From: Halogeometricum borinquense DSM 11551
GTDB taxonomy: Archaea; Halobacteriota; Halobacteria; Halobacteriales; Haloferacaceae
Length of the DNA: 32,000 nt
Reading direction: 5' to 3'
NCBI RefSeq assembly: GCF_000172995.2
Contig: NC_014729.1
Location: 1,650,001 to 1,682,000, forward strand
Shown: positions 18,768-28,054 of the stretch, one piece after another
Numbering within the stretch: position 1 is the first letter of the stretch
How the letters are laid out: every line of letters starts with the position of its first letter
Program-made: the position numbers and the translations under genes
Notes under the pieces: generated by a model
The model's input: only the letters and a program-made list of their open reading frames with translations
Database searches by the model: none
Told to the model about the DNA's origin: nothing

Positions 18768-19068
18768 GCGACGCTGTCTCGACTGTATCGAGAACACCCC
18801 GAAACTGGGCGCAGTCGGAGTGTTCGTTCATCTGCTGAACCCGTCCTCTCGTATCTATCCTCTGCCGCTCTATTCGACCGTTTACATTCATAAACAGTCA
18901 GAAGCGAATATAAACCATATCATACCATTCAGAAATAAATAAAAAGAACTCCGAGACGTGTTGGAGTACGAATGTAGATTTATCCGGATTCGAGTAGCTA
19001 TCTTTTGCGTTCCCTGATTTTGGCACTGACTGCGAAAACCGAACACGAACGAAAGCCCTCCGTATACG

Positions 19069-19094
19069 TTATAATCCCGGCACGTGAACGCCGG
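19069..19094 (+). promoter_or_regulatory. fba promoter: TATA (ttataat) followed by an inverted repeat ccggc-N8-gccgg containing cacgtg
   Basis: The TATA at 19069-75 lies 35-41 nt before GTG 19110. GGTGA is at 19099-19103. The inverted repeat at 19077-19094 sits between the TATA and the expected transcription start, the classic position for a repressor operator. Confidence 0.4.
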
Positions 19095-19109
19095 AATAGG
19101 TGACTCACA

Positions 19110-20102
19110 GTGCCGTTCTACCGCGGGAATGAACTCGCCAAGGTGTATGACGACGCGCTCGACGAGGGATTCGGTCTCATCGCCTCGAACATCGCCGAAC
19201 CGAACGTAATGATGGGGTTGATGGAGGGCGCAGCGCGCGAGAACTCCGATCTCCTCCTGCAACTGTCCGGCGGTGCCGCGACCTTCGCGGGTAACGAGGA
19301 CCCCGTCTCCGGACTGAAGGCGATGGGAACGTACATCGAATCCATCGCCGAGCAGTACGACATCGGCGTCTTCCTCAACATGGACCACCAGACCGACATG
19401 GACTTCATCGAGGCACAGATGGACCTCGGGATTCCCTCCTCGATCATGATCGACGCCTCGCACGAACCGTTCGAGGAGAACGTCGAACGAAGCCGTGAGG
19501 TCGTCCAGATGAAGGAAGACAAAGGTGCAGACGTACTGATCGAGGCTGAACTCGGGCAGATCAAAGGCGTCGAAGACGAGATCGAGGCCGAAGAGGCGTT
19601 CTACACTGATCCCGAACAGGCCGTCGAATTCGTGGACCGAACTGGCTGTGACCTGCTCGCCATCTCGGTCGGCACCCAACACGGCGTCGCAAAGGGCAAA
19701 GACCTCGAACTCCGCCCTGACCTCGCACGCGACATCCGCGTGGCGCTCCGCGACCACGGCCTCGATACGCCGCTCGTCCTCCACGGATCCTCGGGCGTCC
19801 AACCCGACCAACTGCAGGAGATGCTCCAGCACGGCATCTGTAAGGTGAACAAGGACACCCGCTACCAGTACGAATACACTCGAACTGCGTTCGACCACTA
19901 CCGCGAGGATCCCGAAGCCATCGTCCCGCCGGAAGGCGTCGAGGACGCCCGCGACACCTTCTTCAACGAGACCGAGTGGTCCCCGAACAAGGACGTGTTC
20001 GACCCCCGCGTCGTCGGACGGAAGATACGCGAGCGCATCGCCGACGTTCACGCCGACCTGACGCATGTCTCCGGCAGTGCGAACCAGAGTCGGTACGTCT
20101 AA
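19110..20102 (+). CDS. fba: Class II fructose-1,6-bisphosphate aldolase
   Basis: LNMDHQ..., [23 protein letters not shown] and LVLHGSSG motifs are present. GTG start. The 392-aa antisense ORF is a shadow ORF. Confidence 0.9.
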   Translation: MPFYRGNELAKVYDDALDEGFGLIASNIAEPNVMMGLMEGAARENSDLLLQLSGGAATFAGNEDPVSGLKAMGTYIESIAEQYDIGVFLNMDHQTDMDFIEAQMDLGIPSSIMIDASHEPFEENVERSREVVQMKEDKGADVLIEAELGQIKGVEDEIEAEEAFYTDPEQAVEFVDRTGCDLLAISVGTQHGVAKGKDLELRPDLARDIRVALRDHGLDTPLVLHGSSGVQPDQLQEMLQHGICKVNKDTRYQYEYTRTAFDHYREDPEAIVPPEGVEDARDTFFNETEWSPNKDVFDPRVVGRKIRERIADVHADLTHVSGSANQSRYV

Positions 20103-20175
20103 CGCCGCCAGTCAGCACGTTTGAGTCGGCTCGGTGAGGGCTTCTGGCCCGTCCTTTGCCCCACTGCCCCCCGCG

Positions 20176-20181
20176 TTTAAG
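20176..20181 (+). promoter_or_regulatory. TATA box (tttaag) for a leaderless small ORF
   Basis: Lies 25-30 nt upstream of ATG 20206. Confidence 0.5.
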
Positions 20182-20205
20182 TCTACAGATACCCTTACAT
20201 AGCGT

Positions 20206-20355
20206 ATGCCTCAGATACATCTCGACGAGGAGACGGTGGCGCGACTCGACTCGCTTCGACAGGAAGACGAAGACTACGATGAGATTGTCACGGAACTCAT
20301 CAACATCTACGAAGCCGAAGAACTCACGCTGTTTCACTCGGGCGACGAAATCTGA
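20206..20355 (+). CDS. Small acidic protein, 49 aa (possible RHH/antitoxin-like fold), below the ORF-track size cutoff
   Basis: Translated by hand: MPQIHLDEETVARLDSLRQEDEDYDEIVTELINIYEAEELTLFHSGDEI*. Halophile-like acidic composition and a correctly spaced TATA. The overlapping 90-aa track ORF (20156..20428) is basic and S/R-rich. Confidence 0.6.
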   Translation: MPQIHLDEETVARLDSLRQEDEDYDEIVTELINIYEAEELTLFHSGDEI

Positions 20356-20383
20356 CGCTCCGTCGCCCCCCGCTTCGAACTGT

Positions 20384-20833
20384 TCACTCCTGATACGCGA
20401 TTCTAACTTGCTCCCATTTCCCTTTTGACTCTAAGTGACGCTGTAACTCGTCTGCGTACTCCTGAACGAGTTTTTCGGCCTCGGCCAACTGTTCGGCGTC
20501 GGCACCGCCACCGCCACCACCGAGTCCGAGTGCGCCCTTGATTGAATCGACTAGACCGCCTCCACTGGACGACTTCGACTCCGACGGTGCGCCGCCCATC
20601 TGCGCCATCTGCGAACGGACGTTCTCCAGTTCGGGCATAATCTGCGGCAGTTTCTCCGTGTCGGCGACGATACGCGCCTGATCGGGATCTCCCGCGTGTT
20701 CTATCTCGAACTCCGTCGCCGTCATGATGAGGCCCCACTCTTGGCTGGTAAACTCCGATGCGGCGATTCGATCGTTGAATTCGCGGTCAACCGTCATCCG
20801 GTCGCCGACGATACTATCTGTCCAATTAGCCAT
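20384..20833 (-). CDS. Conserved haloarchaeal protein (DUF5799-like by recollection) with a central Gly/Ser-rich linker
   Basis: 149 aa, acidic. MANWTDSIVGDRMTVDREFNDRI...QEWGLIMTA at the N-terminus, then SSSGGGL...GLGGGGGG. Confidence 0.7.
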   Translation of the reverse strand: MANWTDSIVGDRMTVDREFNDRIAASEFTSQEWGLIMTATEFEIEHAGDPDQARIVADTEKLPQIMPELENVRSQMAQMGGAPSESKSSSGGGLVDSIKGALGLGGGGGGADAEQLAEAEKLVQEYADELQRHLESKGKWEQVRIAYQE

Positions 20834-20925
20834 GTGTCGGAGTTAGTGTACGAGGTGTTTCAGCGTTTCCCCGCAGGAATCGCCGTACGGGCACACTTTT
20901 TCCGCTTACAGTACTCGATAGACGT

Positions 20926-22173
20926 ATGGAACGGTACGACCTCCTCTACCGACTCTACGAGGAATTCGAGGCGGACACGCTTCGGGAGTTACAGGACTTC
21001 GTTGATCTGTTTCCCCCAGTCGATTCGCGTATCGCCCTCGACTACTGGCAGGACGCAAGCGACGAACTGGAGAGCAGAAAAGACGCGATTCGCTCGTCGT
21101 TCGCGGCGGGTGACGCATTCGCCGAGATAGCGGCCCGCTCGACCCGCGACCAGACGTTCACCGCGCTCGACTTACACTCGAAATACGGGCGCGCGGTGAA
21201 CGCGCTCGTTCTCGACGTGGACGAAACACTTCGCTCGGCGGGACGGACGGACAACGAGATTCCGCGCGATACGCTCCACCTTCTGACGGAGTTCCACGAG
21301 GCGGGCGTTCCAATCGTCATCTGTACGGGACAGACGCTGGAGAACGTGAAGGGGTTCACCATCCAAGGACTCGGTAACGAACTCGTCCACTCCGGCGACG
21401 TGAGCATCGTCTACGAGGCGGGAACCGGCGTGTTCACGCCGGGGCACGGCTCGACCACCAAGCAACTGCTGTACGAAGACCTCGACCCGACCGTCCGCGA
21501 AGTGTTCTCCGAGGTTCGCTCTCGCGTGCTTCCGCAGGCACCCGACGACCTGCGTGAGTCCGTCCACCTGCAGGGCAACGAGTTCAACATCACGCTCAAG
21601 CCGAACTTCGACATCGGAAGCGACCCCGCCGAAGCAGTCATCGACGAGGGACTGGTCTACCTCGTGGATCTCCTCGGTCGAGCGGTTGCGGCCGCTGTGG
21701 ACGGCGACTTCGGGGTCGAGAGCGCCGAACACTGGTCACGTGCCTACTACGCGGACGCCGACCCCGAAGTTGCAGACGTACTCGCCGCCGAAGACGCCGC
21801 ACCCGAGTGCGAGGTTGATGACGTTCCCGACCCGATAATCGACCTGTTCGACCGCATCGACGTGGCGTATTACCACGCCGACGCCGCCGAAATCGGCTCG
21901 TTGGAACTGAACAAACCGAACGGCGTCCAAGCCGCCCTCGACGTGTTGGGTGTCGATGACCCGTTCGTTCTCGTCATGGGCGACAGTAAGTCCGACCTGC
22001 GCGTCATGGAGTGGGCTGCGGAGGCAGACGCCGGGATCGCTGCTGCCCCGAAACACGCCTCCCAAGACGTGCTGACGCACGTTTTAGAGACGGATGAGTT
22101 GGTGTACGACCGAGGCGACGCAGCGTCGATGCTCCGTACTGTCTACGTCCTTAATCTGCTGGACGAACGCTAA
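20926..22173 (+). CDS. HAD-superfamily hydrolase (IIB-like) with an N-terminal extension
   Basis: LVLDVDETL (DxDxT) and VMGDSKSDLRVM (GDxxxD) motifs. 415 aa, acidic. Confidence 0.8.
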   Translation: MERYDLLYRLYEEFEADTLRELQDFVDLFPPVDSRIALDYWQDASDELESRKDAIRSSFAAGDAFAEIAARSTRDQTFTALDLHSKYGRAVNALVLDVDETLRSAGRTDNEIPRDTLHLLTEFHEAGVPIVICTGQTLENVKGFTIQGLGNELVHSGDVSIVYEAGTGVFTPGHGSTTKQLLYEDLDPTVREVFSEVRSRVLPQAPDDLRESVHLQGNEFNITLKPNFDIGSDPAEAVIDEGLVYLVDLLGRAVAAAVDGDFGVESAEHWSRAYYADADPEVADVLAAEDAAPECEVDDVPDPIIDLFDRIDVAYYHADAAEIGSLELNKPNGVQAALDVLGVDDPFVLVMGDSKSDLRVMEWAAEADAGIAAAPKHASQDVLTHVLETDELVYDRGDAASMLRTVYVLNLLDER

Positions 22174-22186
22174 GGTACGTCCGCGG

Positions 22187-22250
22187 GATTCGTGACCTGT
22201 GTCCATGACTCGCATGCACGAATCACTTTTGCTCTGACGCGACGAATCAC
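22187..22250 (+). promoter_or_regulatory. Three copies of a CACGAATC-type motif (one inverted) upstream of the dehydratase promoter
   Basis: gattcgtga at 22187-95 (inverted), cacgaatcac at 22217-26, gacgaatcac at 22241-50. The TATA tttaca is at 22293-98. Confidence 0.4.
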
Positions 22251-22321
22251 CGAGTTACTGGCTTCGGCGGCGTATACGCCGGAGTGCAAAGGTTTACAAC
22301 TTATCGAGTAAACGCCAAACT

Positions 22322-23560
22322 ATGAGCAAAGACTACGCAGACTTGCACGACCCGAACGCTGAGTACACGATGCGTGAACTCTCAGCTGAGACGATGGGTG
22401 CGACGGCGAAGCGCGGCGGCGGCCGCGACGTGGAGATTACCGACGTACAGACGACGATGGTTGACGGTAACTTCCCGTGGACGCTCGTCCGAATCTACAC
22501 CGATGCGGGCATCGTCGGGACCGGTGAGGCTTACTGGGGTGCGGGCGTTCCGGAACTCATCGAGCGGATGAAACCGTTCGTCGTCGGCGAGAACCCACTC
22601 GACATCGACCGCCTGTTCGAACATCTCGTCCAGAAGATGTCCGGCGAAGGATCCGTCGAGGGCGTCACCGTCACCGCCATCTCCGGCATCGAAATCGCAC
22701 TGCACGACCTCGCAGGGAAGATTCTAGAGATTCCGGCCTACCAACTGCTCGGCGGCAAGTACCGCGACGAAGTTCGCGTCTACTGTGATTGCCACACCGA
22801 AGAGGAGGCCGACCCCGAAGCCTGTGCTGACGAGGCCGAACGCGTCGTCGAAGAACTCGGCTACGACGCACTGAAGTTCGACCTCGACGTCCCTTCGGGC
22901 TTCGAGAAGGACCGCGCGAACCGACATCTCCGACCGGGCGAGATTCGCCACAAGGCCGAGATTGTCGAGGCGGTGACAGAGCGCGTGAAAGACCGCGCCG
23001 ACGTGGCGTTCGATTGCCACTGGACGTTCTCGGGTGGCTCCGCAAAGCGCCTCGCGGCCGCCATCGAAGACTACGACGTGTGGTGGCTCGAAGATCCGGT
23101 GCCGCCGGAGAACCTCGCCGTCCAAGAGGAGGTCACGAAGTCCACCGTGACGCCCATCACCGTCGGCGAGAACCGCTACCGCGTCACCGAAGAGCGTCGG
23201 CTGATCGAGAATCAGGCCGTAGACATTATCGCACCCGACCTGCCGAAGGTCGGCGGCATGCGCGAGACGCGAAAGATCGCGGATGTAGCGAACCAGTACT
23301 ACATCCCCGTGGCGATGCACAACGTCTCCTCGCCCGTTGCGACGATGGCCTCTGCACACGTCGGGACGGCGATCCCGAACTCGTTGGCCGTCGAATACCA
23401 CTCGTACGAACTCGGCTGGTGGGAGGACCTCGTCGAAGAGACGGTCATCGAGGACGGATACATCGAGATTCCCGAGAAGCCGGGTCTCGGCCTGACGCTC
23501 GACATGGACGCCGTCGAAGCGCACATGGTCGAAGGCGAGACGTTGTTTGACGAAGCGTAA
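22322..23560 (+). CDS. gnaD: Enolase-superfamily (mandelate racemase/muconate lactonizing) sugar-acid dehydratase, probably gluconate dehydratase
   Basis: 412 aa with KFDLD, WWLEDP and GENRY motifs. The position a few genes beyond fba parallels Haloferax volcanii gnaD, from memory. Substrate cannot be determined from sequence alone. Confidence 0.75.
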   Translation: MSKDYADLHDPNAEYTMRELSAETMGATAKRGGGRDVEITDVQTTMVDGNFPWTLVRIYTDAGIVGTGEAYWGAGVPELIERMKPFVVGENPLDIDRLFEHLVQKMSGEGSVEGVTVTAISGIEIALHDLAGKILEIPAYQLLGGKYRDEVRVYCDCHTEEEADPEACADEAERVVEELGYDALKFDLDVPSGFEKDRANRHLRPGEIRHKAEIVEAVTERVKDRADVAFDCHWTFSGGSAKRLAAAIEDYDVWWLEDPVPPENLAVQEEVTKSTVTPITVGENRYRVTEERRLIENQAVDIIAPDLPKVGGMRETRKIADVANQYYIPVAMHNVSSPVATMASAHVGTAIPNSLAVEYHSYELGWWEDLVEETVIEDGYIEIPEKPGLGLTLDMDAVEAHMVEGETLFDEA

Positions 23561-23587
23561 GTCCAAGTCACGTCCGCGAATTTCCGA

Positions 23588-23592
23588 TTTTT
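23588..23592 (+). terminator. T5 tract after the dehydratase gene
   Basis: gatttttgcg lies 28 nt after the stop. Confidence 0.45.
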
Positions 23593-23753
23593 GCGAACAG
23601 GCGGCGCGTTCAGCGAATATTCCGCAGCGAGTGCGCCGCACACCCGCGAATCGCTGCGGACCGTGGTCAGGTCACATCGCGGAGTGGTCCCGTATTCGTA
23701 CTTGAACTCTCGTCCGACGAGGTGGGCGGTCTCGAGCCGAAAGGTGAGTGACG

Positions 23754-24287
23754 CTACTCTTCGACAGACGACTCACGGAGTCGGTCTACGATGGATTCTC
23801 CGACGGTCCGCGGGTCGTCCTCGATCAGTTCGAGTTCGTCGCCGACTGCGACCGTCCCGCCGGTGACGACGTTCGCGCAGATTCCGCCCCGCTTCCGTTT
23901 CAGGGCGCGTGCAACGCCTTCCTCTCCGGCGACCGCTTCGACGTGCGCACAGGGCGGTCGGGGTCGCGTCCCACGAAACGTCGCATCGCCGACGCGAAAC
24001 GTCGTCTCCAACAGGTCGTGGAGCGTTGCGCCGCGGACGACGATGTTCCGGCGGTGTCGGCCGTCGGTGAGGTCGATCCCTGTCTCTTCTCGAATGGTCT
24101 CTAACGCCTCGGCGGCGACAAACGTGACCTCGCACACGTCGTAGGGCGAGTAGTAGCCCGTGCCGCGGAGGTAGCGGTCGCCGCGGATCCCACCCTCGAC
24201 GACCTCGATGGACTCGTGGGACTCCATCGGCGCGCCGTCCTCCGGACTCGTCCAGAGGGTTTCGACGCGGCCACAGACTTCGGGCAT
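23754..24287 (-). CDS. MOSC-domain protein
   Basis: GIRGDRY, GRHRRNIVV, FRVGDATFRGTRPRPPCAHV and GGICANVVTGG motifs. ATG 24287 shares one base with the TAA of the upstream gene (TAATG). Confidence 0.85.
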   Translation of the reverse strand: MPEVCGRVETLWTSPEDGAPMESHESIEVVEGGIRGDRYLRGTGYYSPYDVCEVTFVAAEALETIREETGIDLTDGRHRRNIVVRGATLHDLLETTFRVGDATFRGTRPRPPCAHVEAVAGEEGVARALKRKRGGICANVVTGGTVAVGDELELIEDDPRTVGESIVDRLRESSVEE

Positions 24288-24922
24288 TAGCACACCGACC
24301 GCGGATCGAACCCGAGTCCCTGCAGTGCGTCGGCGTAGTCGTCGTACGCTAGTTGAATCGTATAGCCAGCGACCATCTGTGCCGTCTCCCAGTCGTCTTC
24401 GGTTGCGCACACTTCCTCAAGGAGGTCGAGTCCCGCTTCGAGCGTCTCGTTCGTCTCCGCCTTCAGATCGCGGAAGATATCCGCTGTCGCCTCGTCGGCT
24501 TCGTTGATGAAGAAGCCGATGAGTTGGTTGTGGGTCTGCTGACTGACGAGCGGGCGGCCGACCATCCCGCCCGCGATACGTTCGACCGTTTCCGTGCGAC
24601 CACGCAGATACGAGTGCATCGGTCCTGGTTCGTCGTCCGATTCCCACTCTTTATCGAGTTCGTTCGTGACGCGTCGCAGATGGGTATCCTCTTGTTCGGC
24701 GACGGTTGTGAACGCCCCCTGCGCCGTCTCGCTCTCCTCGTCGTCGGCCCACTTACGGAACGTCTCGCGTGCGGCGTGTTCGCTCGCTGCCGCCACCTCG
24801 AGGACGCGTTCGCGTGTCAAATCTGCGTCAGTCAACGCCACTAACAGTTGTTGAGAGCCGAGGCGTTCCAGCTCAGTCTGTTTGTCGTCTTCAACAACCG
24901 CACGAAACGTCTCTCCGTCCAT
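24287..24922 (-). CDS. Ferritin-like/rubrerythrin-like four-helix protein
   Basis: 211 aa, acidic, helical. There is one clear ExxH (EDTH), while the second site reads ExxQ (ETAQ). The family call is tentative. Confidence 0.6.
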   Translation of the reverse strand: MDGETFRAVVEDDKQTELERLGSQQLLVALTDADLTRERVLEVAAASEHAARETFRKWADDEESETAQGAFTTVAEQEDTHLRRVTNELDKEWESDDEPGPMHSYLRGRTETVERIAGGMVGRPLVSQQTHNQLIGFFINEADEATADIFRDLKAETNETLEAGLDLLEEVCATEDDWETAQMVAGYTIQLAYDDYADALQGLGFDPRSVC

Positions 24923-25006
24923 ATCGGACGCTCGTCCGCAGCGGCCCTGAATGTTCTCCCCGTTTATAGTATCAAATTTGGTAATTGACGGAAAGGTTGA
25001 ATAGTC

Positions 25007-25018
25007 TGACTATAGTCA
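25007..25018. promoter_or_regulatory. 12-bp perfect palindrome tgactatagtca in the HemAT 5' region
   Basis: Read directly. It lies 9 nt before ATG 25027 and downstream of the shared tttatag element (24964-70). Confidence 0.4.
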
Positions 25019-25026
25019 CGGGGGAC

Positions 25027-26715
25027 ATGGATAACCAAGGGTTGGCCGTGACCGATGCCAACCGACGTACCGTGGACGGATCTGAACTCGCCGCGACGAT
25101 GGGCCTCGATGACGAGGAAATCGCATGGCGAAAGTCGTTCAATCGATTCGGAGCGGAAGATGTCGAAAGGTTGGAATCTCTCTCGCCGCTTTTCGACGGT
25201 ATCGCCGAAGATGTGGTCGATGATTTCTACGACCAACTCACGAGCGACGAGAACTCGAACGAGATTATCGGCCGGTCGAGCAAGGGTCTCGACGCTCTCA
25301 AGCGGGACCAGATCGCCTATCTCAAATCGCTCGGGAGCGGAGAGTACGGCAAACAGTACTTCGAACGGCGGGCACGAGTCGGGAAGATTCACGATATGCT
25401 CGACGTGGGGCCCAAGTTCTACCTCGGCGCATACTCCATTTACTACGAGAATCTCATCGAAGCAATCGGGGCGGACGTCAAACAGGAGTTCAGCGGGTCG
25501 TCGGACGATACAGATGGTCTGTTCGCGCAACTCCGCAGCAGCACCGCCGATGGCGACGTAGACGACGCAGTAGACGCCGTCGTAGACCGGTCGATTTCGC
25601 TTCTGAAGCTGTTTCTCCTCGATCAGCAGGTGGCGATGGAGACGTACATCCACTCGTACAGTCAAGAGGCACGCGAACAAGCCGAGCGACGCCGTCAGCT
25701 GACCACACAGGTCCAACGCGAACTGCGTGAGCCTATCGACGAAGTCCACCAATCTTCTCTTACTGTCACCGAACGTGCTGAGGACATCCGCGATATTGCG
25801 ACAGAGCAGGTCGAGGACATGGAAGCGGTCGCCGGAGAAATCTCGCAGATGAGTGCGACAGTCGAGGAGATCGCCGCCACCGCCGAAGAGGTCGAGAATA
25901 CGAGTCTGGAGGCGGCCGAGCGCGCCTCGAAAGGCGAAACCGCGGCGAACGAAGCCATCGAAGTGATGCAGGAGGTGAGCCAAGCGGCCACAGAAGCCTC
26001 AGAGGACGTTCGACGCCTGCAAACGAAGATAGACGAGGTTGACGAGGTCATCGAGACGATAAACGACATCGCAGAACAGACGAATCTCTTGGCGCTGAAC
26101 GCCTCCATCGAAGCGGCCCGTGCGGGCGAAGCGGGCGAAGGGTTCGCCGTCGTTGCAGAGGAGGTCAAATCGCTGGCAGAGCAGTCACAAGAGCAGGCCA
26201 GCGAAGTCGAGCAGACCGTCAACAGCGTCCAGTCGGAAGCCGGTGAAACGGTCGAGAGCCTGACCGAGACGACCGAGAAGCTTCACGAGGGAATCGAACT
26301 CGGCGGCGAGGCGATGAGCAGCCTCAGCGAAATCGTCGAAGCGGTCGAACGGACGACCGAGGGCATCGCGGAGGTGGCTGACGCGACCGACAATCAGGCG
26401 ATGAGCGCAGAGCAGGTGACTGGTGCGGTCGAGAACACGCGCGAACAGGCGAAGAACGTCGCCTCGCAGGTTGACGAGGTGGCCGACGCAAGCCGAGAAC
26501 AGACGAATCAGATCAAAGCCATCCGCGAGTCGAGCAAGCGCCTCGACATGGGCAATGGTGGAGAGTCTGCAAGTTCAGACGGGACTCCCACCAGTGCGGA
26601 TACCGAACCTCCGCTCTCGTCGGTCGGGACAGACGGTGGGGTAGACGAGATGCCCGAGTCGGTCCGTCAGGCTGAGGGGTCGGGCGACGAACCGTCGAAT
26701 CCGTCCGACGAATAA
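25027..26715 (+). CDS. hemAT: Globin-coupled methyl-accepting chemotaxis transducer (HemAT-type aerotaxis sensor), soluble
   Basis: The N-terminal sensor globin reads ...[28 protein letters not shown], with the proximal His in KIHD. The C-terminal MCP signalling domain reads [36 protein letters not shown]. No TM segments. The TTG at 24985 is rejected in favour of ATG 25027. Confidence 0.9.
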   Translation: MDNQGLAVTDANRRTVDGSELAATMGLDDEEIAWRKSFNRFGAEDVERLESLSPLFDGIAEDVVDDFYDQLTSDENSNEIIGRSSKGLDALKRDQIAYLKSLGSGEYGKQYFERRARVGKIHDMLDVGPKFYLGAYSIYYENLIEAIGADVKQEFSGSSDDTDGLFAQLRSSTADGDVDDAVDAVVDRSISLLKLFLLDQQVAMETYIHSYSQEAREQAERRRQLTTQVQRELREPIDEVHQSSLTVTERAEDIRDIATEQVEDMEAVAGEISQMSATVEEIAATAEEVENTSLEAAERASKGETAANEAIEVMQEVSQAATEASEDVRRLQTKIDEVDEVIETINDIAEQTNLLALNASIEAARAGEAGEGFAVVAEEVKSLAEQSQEQASEVEQTVNSVQSEAGETVESLTETTEKLHEGIELGGEAMSSLSEIVEAVERTTEGIAEVADATDNQAMSAEQVTGAVENTREQAKNVASQVDEVADASREQTNQIKAIRESSKRLDMGNGGESASSDGTPTSADTEPPLSSVGTDGGVDEMPESVRQAEGSGDEPSNPSDE

Positions 26716-26762
26716 CGCCTCCGGGCGGCAGCTATATTCCTCGAACGATCCACTAGTCAGAC

Positions 26763-27911
26763 ATGACACCCGAGGAGCTTCACGACCGACTCGAACGGGG
26801 CGAGTCGGTGACGCTACTCGACGTTCGAAACCGCGAGGAGTACGACGCGTGGCACATCGACGGCGATTCCGTGACGACGACGCTCGTTCCCTACTCGAAG
26901 TTCATGACCGCAGAAGTGCAGGGAACGGTCGAAGAGACGGCCCGCAAAGCGGGACTCGACCCCGACGAACTTGTGGTCGCCGTCTGCGGGCGAGGTGAAG
27001 CAAGCGACTACGTGGCGGAACTCCTCCGGGATGTGGGCTATAACGCAGAGAATCTTGAAGACGGGATGCGCGGATGGGCGCACGTCTATGTCTCCGAGAC
27101 GGTGCCGACAGATGCCGATGCGACGGTGTTCCAGTATCGCCGCCCTTCCAGCGGCTGTCTCGCCTACATGCTCGTCTCCAGTGGCGAAGCGGCCGTCATC
27201 GACCCGCTTCGACAGTTCGTGGACCGCTACGCCGCCGACGCCCGCGAGTACGGCGCGGACATCGTCTCCGTCATCGACACACATGTCCATGCCGACCACG
27301 TAAGTGGCGTCCGCGAACTGGCCGATGCAGTGGACGCAACGCCGGTGTATCCCGCCGCCGCTGAAGCGCGTGGTCTCGTAGCCGACTCCGCGACGAAGCT
27401 CGTCTCTGACGGCGACGAAATCCACGTCGGCGACGTGACGCTCACGGCCGTCCACACGCCGGGGCACACTTCGGAGATGACCGCCTTCCAAATCGATGAC
27501 AGCTGTTTCTCCGGGGACGGTCTCTTCCTCGACAGCGTCGCCCGCCCCGACTTAGAACACGGCGACGAGGGTGCCGAAGACGCCGCGCGGCGACTGTACG
27601 AGACGTTCCAGTCGGTGTACGGTACGTTCGACGACGACGTTCGAGTTGCCCCGGCACACTGCGGCGAGGCCACCGAGCGCGCTGTGGATGGAACCTATAC
27701 AGCACGTCTCGGCACGTTACGGGACCGTCTCCCGGCGCTCTCGATGGACGAAGCGGAGTTCGTCGAGTACGTTCTCGACGACATGCCACCGCGCCCAGCG
27801 AACTACGAGGAGATCATCGAGATGAATCTCGGGCGGAGTGAGGTGGAAGACGACGAGGCGTTCGAGTTGGAACTCGGCCCGAACAACTGCGCGGTATCTC
27901 AAGCGGACTGA
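26763..27911 (+). CDS. Rhodanese domain fused to an MBL-fold hydrolase (persulfide dioxygenase/ETHE1-like)
   Basis: The N-terminal rhodanese reads LLDVRNREEY...VAVCGRGEAS, with an active-site Cys. The MBL motif is IDTHVHADHVSG, followed by HTPGHT. Confidence 0.85.
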   Translation: MTPEELHDRLERGESVTLLDVRNREEYDAWHIDGDSVTTTLVPYSKFMTAEVQGTVEETARKAGLDPDELVVAVCGRGEASDYVAELLRDVGYNAENLEDGMRGWAHVYVSETVPTDADATVFQYRRPSSGCLAYMLVSSGEAAVIDPLRQFVDRYAADAREYGADIVSVIDTHVHADHVSGVRELADAVDATPVYPAAAEARGLVADSATKLVSDGDEIHVGDVTLTAVHTPGHTSEMTAFQIDDSCFSGDGLFLDSVARPDLEHGDEGAEDAARRLYETFQSVYGTFDDDVRVAPAHCGEATERAVDGTYTARLGTLRDRLPALSMDEAEFVEYVLDDMPPRPANYEEIIEMNLGRSEVEDDEAFELELGPNNCAVSQAD

Positions 27912-28054
27912 GTCAGTCGCCGACACCGACCCTGGGTTCGCATGCGCGAGCGCAGCAGTTGCTGTCCGACTGATACCACTCCCGGGAACGGCAAGCGACG
28001 GATGGCCATCACCGGCTGTCCCCTGTTTCGGAGCTACCGCGGAGAAGTCGCCGT

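Noticed and set aside
18685-18891. 68-aa minus-strand ORF overlapping the glpR 3' end and the glpR-fba gap, considered as a possible remnant of pfkB or PTS genes
   Set aside because: The composition is basic, it bears no resemblance to PfkB or PTS N-termini that I can recognise, and half of it is antisense to glpR.
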